A DNA stretch of 64,000 nt from Trichormus sp. ATA11-4-KO1 (GTDB lineage: Bacteria; Cyanobacteriota; Cyanobacteriia; Cyanobacteriales; Nostocaceae), in the NCBI GenBank assembly GCA_019358915.1, contig JAHHIM010000036.1, positions 32,001 to 96,000 on the forward strand. Reading direction: 5' to 3'. How positions within the stretch are numbered: position 1 is the stretch's first letter; each line of letters opens with the position of its first letter. The notes under the pieces are model-generated. The model was not told the DNA's origin. It searched no databases and saw nothing but the letters and a program-made list of their open reading frames with translations. The translations under genes were made by a program, and so were the position numbers. This document shows, piece after piece, positions 1 to 8,938 of this stretch.

Positions 1-240
1 AACTGGCAAATGCAACTAACAGTACAACAGGTCTTTGGTCATATAGTTGAATTTTCTAAATATCGTCCCTAGGTATGAGACCAAATAACAACTTTAGATA
101 GTGGTGCCAGCAATTTGGAATAGCTAATATAGAAAAATATAGTCCAGTATTCACTACACCAAATCCCTTTTGTTGCGCGTGCTGGGGGTTTTTACATAGG
201 ACTGGATTGTCTCAACTGAAAGTTCCTTAGCAAAACAGAT

Positions 241-762
241 ATGAAAGCAGATGAACTTCTGAAACAATATACCGCAGGTCTCAGAGACTTTACTGGTGTC
301 AACTTGAGTGAAGTGGATTTAAGGGGAGCTGACCTCAGTGGAGCCATTTTAGATAGAGCCATATTAGATGGAGCTAAATTGAATCATGCTAATTTAGCCC
401 AAACCAGTTTTGTTGACGCAGATTTGAACGGAGCTGATTTGAGTGATGCTAATCTGAGTAACAGCAACTTAACTGGCGCTATCTTGGATGCAGCTATTTT
501 AGATGGGGCTATTTTAGATGGCGCTGATTTGAGTCAGGCTGATTTGACTATTGCCAAACTAATCGAAGCAAACTTAAGTGAGGCCGAATTACAAGAGGCG
601 AATTTGCAAGCTGCAAATCTAGATAAAGCAGACTTGAGTGGAGCAGATTTAAGTATTGCTGACCTGACTCAGGCAAATCTCAGTGAAGCCGATTTGAACG
701 AGGCAAATTTGCATGGAGCTAATCTGGAGGGAGCAGATGTAGGAGGCACAATTTTAGATTAG
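241..762 (+). CDS. Pentapeptide repeat protein
   Basis: Continuous A(D/N)LxX pentapeptide repeats after the typical cyanobacterial N-cap MKADELLKQYxAGxRDF. Confidence 0.95.
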   Translation: MKADELLKQYTAGLRDFTGVNLSEVDLRGADLSGAILDRAILDGAKLNHANLAQTSFVDADLNGADLSDANLSNSNLTGAILDAAILDGAILDGADLSQADLTIAKLIEANLSEAELQEANLQAANLDKADLSGADLSIADLTQANLSEADLNEANLHGANLEGADVGGTILD

Positions 763-840
763 TTAATCTTACGCTTAAACTAAACCTGATAAAAGTTAGG
801 AGTTAAATTGAATTTATAACTCCTAATTTTTGTTTTTTCT

Positions 841-2040
841 ATGGATTCAAATTCAGCATTGTGTGCAACCATAGCCGAATACATTGCCACAAGTTCCCAA
901 AGACGAATTACTTTTGCTGAATACATGGATATGGTCTTATATCATCCTGAACACGGCTACTATTCCAGTAATACGGTGAAAATTGGGTTTCAAGGCAGTG
1001 ATTTTTTTACCTCTCCCAATCTTGGCGCTGATTTTGGCGAATTACTAGCAGAACAATTTTTCCAGATGTGGGAAATTTTAGGGCGACCTGTACCCTTTTC
1101 TTTGGTGGAAATGGGAGCAGGTCAAGGATTATTGGCGTTGCACATCCTCAACTATCATCAACTGCACCATCCAGATTTATTTGCGGCGCTGGAATACTTG
1201 ATTGTGGAGAAGTCCCCAGCATTAAAGCAAGAACAACAGCAACGCTTGCGAGAATTTCCTGTACGTTGGTGCAATTTAGAAGAAATCCCAACTCATGCAA
1301 TTACTGGCTGCTTTTTTTCTAATGAGTTAGTTGATGCCTTGCCTGTACATCAGTTTATGTTAGAAGCGGGGGAACTGCGTGAAATTTATGTGACAACGCG
1401 GGGGGATGTGGGAACTGGGGGGAATTTCTCTGAGCCTGCTTCTGTTGCATTTGTGGAAGTTATCGGGGAACCTTCTACACCCCAACTAGCAAAATATTTT
1501 GATTTAGTGGGAATTGATTTGACTCAAAGTACTTATACAGATGGTTACCGCAGCGAAATAAATTTAGCGGCTTTTGACTGGTTGAGTATAGTAGCCGACC
1601 GCTTGCAGAGGGGGTATGTGTTAACTATTGATTATGGCTATCCCGCCAGCCGTTACTATAATCCCAGGCGATCGCCAGGAACGCTACAGTGCTACTATCA
1701 TCATCGTTACCACAACGACCCTTATATCAACATCGGCAAGCAAGATATTACAGCCCATGTTGATTTTACTGCCTTGGAACGATGGGGTGAGCGATGCGGG
1801 TTAAAGAAAGTTGGTTTTATCCAGCAGGGTTTATTTTTGATGGCGTTGGGTTTAGGCGAACGCATTGCGGCAATTTCTCAGCAAGAACTGCCCCTTTCGC
1901 AACTGCTGCGGCGGCGAGAAGCACTACATCAACTGATAGATCCTTCAGAACTGGGTGGCTTTGGGGTTTTAGTTCAAAGTAAAGGACTCCAGCAAACAGA
2001 AATGTCTCAACCGTTAAAAGGATTAACTGTGCCAGAATGA
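841..2040 (+). CDS. SAM-dependent methyltransferase, MidA/NDUFAF7 family
   Basis: ITFAEYM..LY.P..GYY, DFFTSP, VEMGAGQG, SNELVDALP, IDYG, QDITAHVDF motifs. Confidence 0.9.
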   Translation: MDSNSALCATIAEYIATSSQRRITFAEYMDMVLYHPEHGYYSSNTVKIGFQGSDFFTSPNLGADFGELLAEQFFQMWEILGRPVPFSLVEMGAGQGLLALHILNYHQLHHPDLFAALEYLIVEKSPALKQEQQQRLREFPVRWCNLEEIPTHAITGCFFSNELVDALPVHQFMLEAGELREIYVTTRGDVGTGGNFSEPASVAFVEVIGEPSTPQLAKYFDLVGIDLTQSTYTDGYRSEINLAAFDWLSIVADRLQRGYVLTIDYGYPASRYYNPRRSPGTLQCYYHHRYHNDPYINIGKQDITAHVDFTALERWGERCGLKKVGFIQQGLFLMALGLGERIAAISQQELPLSQLLRRREALHQLIDPSELGGFGVLVQSKGLQQTEMSQPLKGLTVPE

Positions 2041-2099
2041 AGAGTGCTGAGTTGAAAGTGCTGTTAGCGGTAGCGGGGCGTTTAGCCCGTGCTGAGTTA

Positions 2100-2297
2100 A
2101 CGTGAATTCGATGAACCTCACCCCAACCCCTCTCCGACACGGAGAGTGGCAAAAATCTCCCTAGTTTTGAACTAAAAATCGAGGTTTCAAAGCCTCTACG
2201 CCACTTGCTACAACGCGGGGAACCCGCGCAACGCAGTGGCTCCTCCTGGCAGGGGAGAGGTTTGGAGAGGGGTTTTTGATAGTTGTCGAACTCACGA
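2100..2297. mobile_element. MITE family A, complete copy, carrying a nested 45-bp small repeat (2198-2242)
   Basis: Imperfect terminal inverted repeats ACGTGAATTCGA / TCGAACTCACGA; flanking direct repeat TGAGTTA (2093-2099 and 2298-2304); sister copies at 23525 and 24615. Confidence 0.8.
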
Positions 2298-2506
2298 TGA
2301 GTTAAGAAACCATCCACAAGGAGCGGGGTACTTACCGAGTGCGAAAGTACTTTCTGTATTTTCTTCTTACTCAGTACTCAGGACTCAGCACTGAGTAAAG
2401 TAACAGTGAAAAGTTAAAACTCTATTTAAGAATGCTATCTCAAGCTCATATAGACTAGCATGACATTGACTACTGTGCAGATCAAGACAATAGGAAAATA
2501 ACAATT

Positions 2507-2602
2507 ATGACTGCTCATGAACTGTTATTATTAGTGACTCTACTTACCCCTGGTATCTTACTTTCAGTTTTGATTATGGCAACTTTTGCCGCAGGTGGCT
2601 GA
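2507..2602 (+). CDS. Putative 31-aa single-pass membrane microprotein (MTAHELLLLVTLLTPGILLSVLIMATFAAGG)
   Basis: ATG preceded by AGGAAAATAACAATT; one uninterrupted hydrophobic helix; too short for the ORF track. Confidence 0.6.
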   Translation: MTAHELLLLVTLLTPGILLSVLIMATFAAGG

Positions 2603-2715
2603 TTGCTAGTCAGTGAACAGTTATCTCTAGACACTGTTCACTGAAATTACAAGTAACAAGAAAACGCAATATCTACGAAGGGCTACGCCTACGCTGTACC
2701 AAAGGAACGTAAACA

Positions 2716-3594
2716 ATGAAGGTGGCATTTCTGGGAACTGGACTCATGGGATTACCGATGGCTCAAAGGTTGTTAGCGGCCAATATAGAGCTAGTAGCCT
2801 ACAACCGCACCCCAGAAAAATTAGCCCCATTACAAGCAGCTGGTGCGGAAATTGTCACGCATCCCCGCCAAGCAATTCGTGCGGCTGAGTGCATTATTCT
2901 CATGCTTACCAACGCCGCAGCAATTTATCATGTTTTGCTTTCGGATACTTCTTGGAAAACTTTAGAAGGGCGTACTATTATCCAGATGGGGACAATTACC
3001 CCCACCGAAAGCCAAGAAATTAGAGATGCAGTCGTTGGCGGTGGTGGTGAATATATAGAAGCACCCGTATTAGGTAGTATTCCCGAAGCAAAAGCTGGCA
3101 AGCTGATTGTCATGGTAGGTGCTGAACCAGAACAATATCAACGCCACTTAAAATTACTGCAACATTTTGGTGCAGAACCTTTACTTGTGGGGCCGGTAGG
3201 CGCTGCGGCTGGCTTGAAGTTGGCGCTGAATCAACTAATTGCTTCCTTGACAACTAGCTTTGCTCTCAGTCTTGCTTTTATTGAGCGTCAAGGTATCGAT
3301 GTGGATTTGTTTATGCAAATCTTACGCGACAGTTCACTTTATGCGCCTACCTTTGATAAAAAGCTGCGCCGGATGTTAGACGGCAATTATAGCAATCCCA
3401 ATTTCCCGACAAAACACTTGCTCAAAGATACAGATTTGTTCATTACTGAGGCCAAATCACTGGGTTTGGATCTCACTAGTATTGAAGCTGTGCGGCATAT
3501 TTTGGTAACAGCAATGAAAATGTCATTTGCTAATGATGACTATTCGTCAATATTTTCTGCCATTAATGAATGGGGAGAAGCAAGCGGGGAATGA
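2716..3594 (+). CDS. NAD(P)-dependent beta-hydroxyacid dehydrogenase (3-hydroxyisobutyrate / glyoxylate-succinic semialdehyde reductase family)
   Basis: FLGTGLMG Rossmann motif, EAPVLGS, catalytic K in LKLALN. Confidence 0.9.
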   Translation: MKVAFLGTGLMGLPMAQRLLAANIELVAYNRTPEKLAPLQAAGAEIVTHPRQAIRAAECIILMLTNAAAIYHVLLSDTSWKTLEGRTIIQMGTITPTESQEIRDAVVGGGGEYIEAPVLGSIPEAKAGKLIVMVGAEPEQYQRHLKLLQHFGAEPLLVGPVGAAAGLKLALNQLIASLTTSFALSLAFIERQGIDVDLFMQILRDSSLYAPTFDKKLRRMLDGNYSNPNFPTKHLLKDTDLFITEAKSLGLDLTSIEAVRHILVTAMKMSFANDDYSSIFSAINEWGEASGE

Positions 3595-3645
3595 GGAGTA
3601 GGGAGTTGTGTATTAAGGATCTAATAATCAAAGCTCAAATTGAGT

Positions 3646-3954
3646 CTAATATTGACCTTCTCTTCTCATTTTGTCGAGTTGCTTCATAATTCTCTGGTCT
3701 TCCAGCTTAAGCTCTTCTTCCGTTCTTCTTTCTGGAGCATGTCTAGTTTCCTTCTCTTGCTTTATTTCCTTCTCGATTTCTTCTCTTTCTTGCGGTGTTT
3801 TTTTCGCTAGCTCTCTTGCTTGATCTTCATTTCGTTTTTGCTGAGCTTTTCTATCACGCTCTTCAATTGCTTGCCATATTTCACCAGCTAACTTAATAGG
3901 CTTTACTTCGGAAGCTCTATTTTCTTTTGGATCTTTGTCTGGGTTTTGTGTCAT
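3646..3954 (-). CDS. Hypothetical highly charged helical protein, possibly the 3' part of a frameshifted gene starting at 4049
   Basis: E/K/R-rich ORF; the frame stays open upstream and encodes a hydrophobic segment. Confidence 0.5.
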   Translation of the reverse strand: MTQNPDKDPKENRASEVKPIKLAGEIWQAIEERDRKAQQKRNEDQARELAKKTPQEREEIEKEIKQEKETRHAPERRTEEELKLEDQRIMKQLDKMRREGQY

Positions 3955-4209
3955 CAGTTTAGTCTCGCTAATTCCAGATTTGTTTGCATTTGTAAAGCCA
4001 GCGAAAAATACAACGATAGATGAAGCAATGGATATTAAAAAGTTGGCATAAATCTAATTGTCTTATATGGTCTTGTATCAAAAACTAGCCCCAAAATTCG
4101 CTTATATTTCTTTTGTAACAGTTCCAGGTGCGGAATGTGGGCTAAAAGCGTTCCCACAAAAAACCCCCCATTATGGGAGGTTTAAATTTAGCGGAGACAA
4201 CTTGTTAAC

Positions 4210-7200
4210 CTACACCAGAACTACAGCCAGCGCTCCTCCTAATGCTGAGAAAACGGCTGAGACGAAGGCTGTGGCAAATAACCACCAAGAAGCTGTGGCT
4301 GCGGCTTTACGGGTTTCTTCGGCTTGCCGTTGTGCTTGATGCTTCACCTCTTCTAGGCGGCGTTGCGCTTCATGTTGTAGGCGTTCGGCACGTTGTAAGA
4401 CTGTGTTGCGTGCCCGTTCAATTTGGTCAATAATCCGGTTAGCGTCTGCTTCAGAAATATCCTCACGGGAACTCATAATCGCCACTAGGGTATCACGGTT
4501 AAATGAAGACAGGCGATCGCGTAAGGACTCAAATCCAGCCTGTGGGTCTTCAAATAATTGGCGCAGATCATGTTTAACGCCTTCATAGTTGAGTTCTGGG
4601 CGCTCTAAGGAATTGAGATAGTCGCGAATTCGGGCAAAAATCCCATCAATGACATCTTGAATCCGCCGTTGAATACCTCGTACCTGTTCCACAAATTGAT
4701 CTCGGACTGAGACAATGTTATCGGCAATTCTGGCTGCTTCTTCATCGGTGATATCTTCGCGAATTTTCAGCAAAGCAATAATTGTGGAACGGTCAAAATG
4801 AGCTAGGCGATCGCTAAAACTTTCTACGCCTACTCGCGGATCATGCAACAATAATTGTAAGTCGCGTTTGATACCTTCAGGGTTGAGTTCTTCTTTGCCA
4901 GTTTGCCGTAGATACTCTTGCAGATAAGCTTGGAATGTTTCCATTCTTTGCTGTGTCCGGGTAGCTAGGCGACGAGGCGCACGGACAATATTGCGAATCG
5001 AAGTTTGCACGGAATCAATGATTTCATTGACTTGCTGCTCACTCAAGTCTTGACGTTGACTCAGCAATTTCACTAAGGTATCTCGGTCTACCTGCGATAG
5101 GCGATGGCGTAACGCTACAACTCCTGCTCTGGGATGTTCAAATAATCTGGTCAAATCCCGTTGAATACCTTCAGGATTCAATTCTTCTTTGCCGGTATTC
5201 CGCAAGTAATCTGCGATCGTTGCAGTCACAGAATCGTATTGCTCCTTAGCTCTTTCTGCTAAAGCTTGGGGTGCATGGCGGACGCTACGCCAGGAGTCTT
5301 CCACAGCATGAATGATTTGATTTACTTGCTCTTGGCTCAAGTCTTGCCGTTGACTCAATAACTGTACCAAAGTATCGCGATCAAAGCGAGCTAATCGCGC
5401 CTGAATGGCTGTCATTCCTGCTTGGGGGTCTTCCAGCAACCTTTTGAGGTCAGCGCGGATAGCCTCAGGGTTTAACTCGGCTTTCCCAGTGTTACGCAGA
5501 TATGATTCTACATTCAGCCACAGGGTTTCTGCTTGATATTTAGCTTGTTCTGCTAGTCCTTTGGATTCTACCAAGACGCGATCGCGCTGTTTTTCCAATT
5601 CGTTGAGAATCGGCTCTACTTCTTCTGCTTGAATATCATTGCGTTCTAGTAGTATTTCCCGCATTTCCTGGTGGTCAAATTGCGCTAGTCGCCGCGATAA
5701 AGTCTCATAATCCGCTTCAGGATCTGCCAACAGAGGTTTAAAGTTCTGTTCAATGCCTTCTGGAGTCAAATCTGCTTTATTGGTAACAAGTAAATAACTG
5801 GCGACTCGACGTTGCAAGTCTTGTACTATCTCTCTTTCTTCGGCGGCGGTAACTGTTAATAAAACCTCTTGACGGACAGTTTCTAGCTGGTCGGTAATCC
5901 CCTGAATTTGTTCTTGGGTGAGCAGTCCCCTTTGCTGTAGGATATTGGCGAAATCGTTGCGAGAAAGTTTCTCTAGTTCTCTGCGGACTATACCAGGGTC
6001 TGCGGCTGGGTCATAGATGACATCGCGGAATTCCTGAGAGATTCTTTCTGGACTCAGTTGCCAAGCGTAGGTGTTGAGTAAGTAGTTTTCGATATCAGCC
6101 CGAATTGGGCTATAAGGTTGTGTTGATATGGGTAATCCTAGCTTATCAGCTTGTTCAGTGGCTTTCTCTTTGGCGGTAGTTAGCGATCGCCAAATTTTTT
6201 CTACATCTAAATCTGATAAATCTGTCCTTCCCATCACCAGACCAATCAGCGTTAATATGCCCTGTTGTAATGTCTGTTGCATTAAACCGGGTTGTTCTCC
6301 TGTTGGTGCGGCTGCTTTGGCGGTACGCGTTTCTGCTATTAATCGATCCAGCTTGGCGTTGAGTTCATCAGTTTTGGCTTGTCCTGGTGGGAGTGACTTG
6401 AGATAGTCTATTAACTCACCTAGGCGGTTTTGGGTGGGTTGTTGCTGACTGACTACCTGCTGCCAAACGTTGTATAGTGTATCGGCTATCCGGTTGATGT
6501 CACGTTTGGAAAGGTCGGTGCGACTGCTGACTAAATCAACAAATTTCTGGCGATCAATGTGGCGGAGGTCTGAACTACCAGCAATAGCTTGAAATTGTGG
6601 GTCTTTGAGTAAATTTTCCAAATCACTGCGAATCTGGGAAAAATCTAATTCTGGCGGACGTAATTTTTCGATGTAATCTTCTACGTTCTCCCGGATACTA
6701 GTGGGGTCAATAGCACTGCCTAATTCCCGACGCACAGCCGAGGCTGCGGCTTCAGCAGTTGCTACTACTTGCTGATTGACAGCTTTGGCTCCCAAGGCGG
6801 CTGTAGCCGTCCCCATAATCGCCTGAAAGCCGGAAGTGGCTGAATTGACCACCGAGCCAACTAAGGAACCCACGGTAGTCGAACTCACCCACACCAGTAA
6901 CAAAAAGTATGCACCCCAAATTACTAACCCCAGAATTGCTCCCAGTCTGGGATCTAAGACTAACAGACTCAATTTGACTGCGAGGAAGCAAGCGATCAAT
7001 AAGGCGATCGTCACAGTAATTAATGTCCAAATCCCCAGCGCTGTACCAATTTTGCGAATCGTACCACCCAAACTTCCCACTTCTCCAACACCAGCATCCG
7101 AGTCGGATGAACGTCCCAAGTAGGAAATACCAGCTGCAACGGAGAGGTTCGTTAATACTAATTGGAATGCAAAAGCTAGGATCACACCGGAGATTAAAGC

Positions 7201-7335
7201 TACAAAAAAGCGCGGCCCAGAATTGAGAACTGATGCTTGCGCTGGCGTAATACCTGTGGGAACTACTGGAGTCTGTGCTACCCACAACAGTGGTTTATAG
7301 ACTTCCAATATGTTTTCCGGACTCTGAAACAACAT
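4210..7335 (-). CDS. Large membrane-anchored protein with N-terminal TM helices, several ~100-aa helical repeats and a C-terminal TM helix
   Basis: Repeated YLRxTGKEELNPEGIxRDL...DPxAG...DRDTLVxLLSQRQDLS; start placed at ATG 7335 behind GAAGGA. Confidence 0.85.
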   Translation of the reverse strand: MLFQSPENILEVYKPLLWVAQTPVVPTGITPAQASVLNSGPRFFVALISGVILAFAFQLVLTNLSVAAGISYLGRSSDSDAGVGEVGSLGGTIRKIGTALGIWTLITVTIALLIACFLAVKLSLLVLDPRLGAILGLVIWGAYFLLLVWVSSTTVGSLVGSVVNSATSGFQAIMGTATAALGAKAVNQQVVATAEAAASAVRRELGSAIDPTSIRENVEDYIEKLRPPELDFSQIRSDLENLLKDPQFQAIAGSSDLRHIDRQKFVDLVSSRTDLSKRDINRIADTLYNVWQQVVSQQQPTQNRLGELIDYLKSLPPGQAKTDELNAKLDRLIAETRTAKAAAPTGEQPGLMQQTLQQGILTLIGLVMGRTDLSDLDVEKIWRSLTTAKEKATEQADKLGLPISTQPYSPIRADIENYLLNTYAWQLSPERISQEFRDVIYDPAADPGIVRRELEKLSRNDFANILQQRGLLTQEQIQGITDQLETVRQEVLLTVTAAEEREIVQDLQRRVASYLLVTNKADLTPEGIEQNFKPLLADPEADYETLSRRLAQFDHQEMREILLERNDIQAEEVEPILNELEKQRDRVLVESKGLAEQAKYQAETLWLNVESYLRNTGKAELNPEAIRADLKRLLEDPQAGMTAIQARLARFDRDTLVQLLSQRQDLSQEQVNQIIHAVEDSWRSVRHAPQALAERAKEQYDSVTATIADYLRNTGKEELNPEGIQRDLTRLFEHPRAGVVALRHRLSQVDRDTLVKLLSQRQDLSEQQVNEIIDSVQTSIRNIVRAPRRLATRTQQRMETFQAYLQEYLRQTGKEELNPEGIKRDLQLLLHDPRVGVESFSDRLAHFDRSTIIALLKIREDITDEEAARIADNIVSVRDQFVEQVRGIQRRIQDVIDGIFARIRDYLNSLERPELNYEGVKHDLRQLFEDPQAGFESLRDRLSSFNRDTLVAIMSSREDISEADANRIIDQIERARNTVLQRAERLQHEAQRRLEEVKHQAQRQAEETRKAAATASWWLFATAFVSAVFSALGGALAVVLV

Positions 7336-7661
7336 TATATTTCCTTCTTCTAAGTTTAAATTTGGGGGGATTAAGAATTTCATGAGAAGCAATCAAACTT
7401 GTATCTATGGCAATACCCAACTCTTGTAGCTTTCAGAATCCTGGAATTTAGCTGTTTAATGCATCTCTCTAAGGTTTGAAAAACATATCTAGCGCTAGAT
7501 AGAAGTTTGAATATCTAACAGGTCAATTCAGCTTAAAATTGTATTCCTTTTGAAGTGAAAAGCTGATTAATTCAAGCGGAAAAGTTCTATTTTTTAATCA
7601 CTGAATCACAGCAAATTGATTTGCTTAAATTATAGATTTATCATCTCTTGTGTAACAGTGG

Positions 7662-7679
7662 TTTACATTTATTTACAAT
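7662..7679 (+). promoter_or_regulatory. HLR1 motif (RpaB-binding direct repeat)
   Basis: TTTACATT-TA-TTTACAAT matches two (G/T)TTACA(T/A)(T/A) octamers 2 nt apart, upstream of hli genes, which are known HLR1 targets. Confidence 0.75.
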
Positions 7680-7839
7680 TATGATTTTCATCACCTCCTC
7701 AAGGTGGATTTGTCAGTACTCATACCTTTTTGATAATCGTCCACAAGAAGTGCTTGTAGTTTGTACCTACAGGCAGAAAGCAGCTCACTGATAAATAGGT
7801 AAATTAAAGTTAACTAATAAATTGTTCAGGACAGAAAAA

Positions 7840-8043
7840 ATGGAAACTCGCTCTTCAACTGATTTACCACCAGTAGCAGTAGAGTATAACGGCAGAGATC
7901 GGAATGCATTTTTGTTTGGCTGGACTCCCCAAGCAGAACTCTGGAACGGTCGGTTTGCAATGATTGGTTTTCTTGCCTATTTATTGTGGGATTTAGCCGG
8001 ATATAGTGTCCTTCGAGACGTGCTACATCTAATTGGCTACTAA
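7840..8043 (+). CDS. hli: High-light-inducible protein (HLIP/Scp), copy 1
   Basis: FGWTPQAELWNGRFAMIGF chlorophyll-binding ExxNGRxAM motif. Confidence 0.93.
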   Translation: METRSSTDLPPVAVEYNGRDRNAFLFGWTPQAELWNGRFAMIGFLAYLLWDLAGYSVLRDVLHLIGY

Positions 8044-8084
8044 AGATTAAACACTCAACAATTAGTTTGAATTTGGAGAAAAAA

Positions 8085-8297
8085 ATGGAAACTAGAGAAA
8101 CTCGTCCTTCCACTGATTTACCACCTGTTGCCAAAGCTTATAATGGTGTAGATCGTAACGCTTTTATCTTTGGCTGGAATCCTCAAGCCGAGTTGTGGAA
8201 TGGTCGTTTGGCAATGATTGGCTTTCTTGCCTACTTACTTTGGGATTTAGCAGGATACAGTGTCCTGCGTGACATACTCCACTTCGTTAGATATTAG
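8085..8297 (+). CDS. hli: High-light-inducible protein (HLIP/Scp), copy 2
   Basis: FGWNPQAELWNGRLAMIGF; close tandem paralogue of the preceding gene. Confidence 0.93.
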   Translation: METRETRPSTDLPPVAKAYNGVDRNAFIFGWNPQAELWNGRLAMIGFLAYLLWDLAGYSVLRDILHFVRY

Positions 8298-8938
8298 CCA
8301 TGAATGAGGAGTTAAAAACAAGCAGATCATTCATGGAAATAATTCAAAATTGAAAATTCTTAACTCCTCCAAAATACTGGTCTTGGCAGGCGGAACCAAA
8401 ATTGGGAACCGCCTTTTGCATTTGGTAGATAACCAATCGTACCTCCCCAACGTTCAACTGTAATTCGGCAAAAATAAAGTCTCAATCCAGATATCCCTGA
8501 TTTGTATTTGCCTTGCGAAAACTTTTGAAATAAAGTCTAAAATCATACCAGTCCCTGGCGACTGGAAAAGGAAATCAATGTGTATTATTTTTTTTAAAGT
8601 TAAATAAACTGATATTAATAACTTTACCAAAAAATAAGATAAAAAGAGAGACAGTATTCAAGCATATCTTATTTTATCCAAATTGGCTATGCTATGGTTT
8701 AGCATCTTGATACAGGAAATTTACTGAAATATAAAATTTAATAGTATATAAATTTTACAATACAAGATTATTACTTGAGCAACGCACTCTCATAGAATCA
8801 TGTAATTTATCACTCACCGATGTATCTCCTAAAACGAAGTAAAAAAAGTATCATAAAACCCTCGTAATTTCTTAGATAAAAAACAAGCGAATGCGTGGTA
8901 AGTTTTAAATCCATCGTGTTCCATTCAAGGGTCGCCCC

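Noticed and set aside
1817..2317. 166-aa minus-strand ORF
   Set aside because: Overlaps the methyltransferase antisense and runs through MITE and repeat DNA
2507..2602. Identification of the microprotein as PsaM or PetN
   Set aside because: Only the LxPGIL segment resembles PsaM; it lacks the RLxxxLY tail and the PetN WGRxG tail
7652..7666. NtcA box upstream of hli
   Set aside because: GTA and TAC are 9 nt apart, not 8; HLR1 explains the site better
8560..8930. DnaA-box cluster or iterons upstream of CyRepA1
   Set aside because: Only an isolated mismatched box (TTATCCAAA) in AT-rich DNA; no clear iteron array
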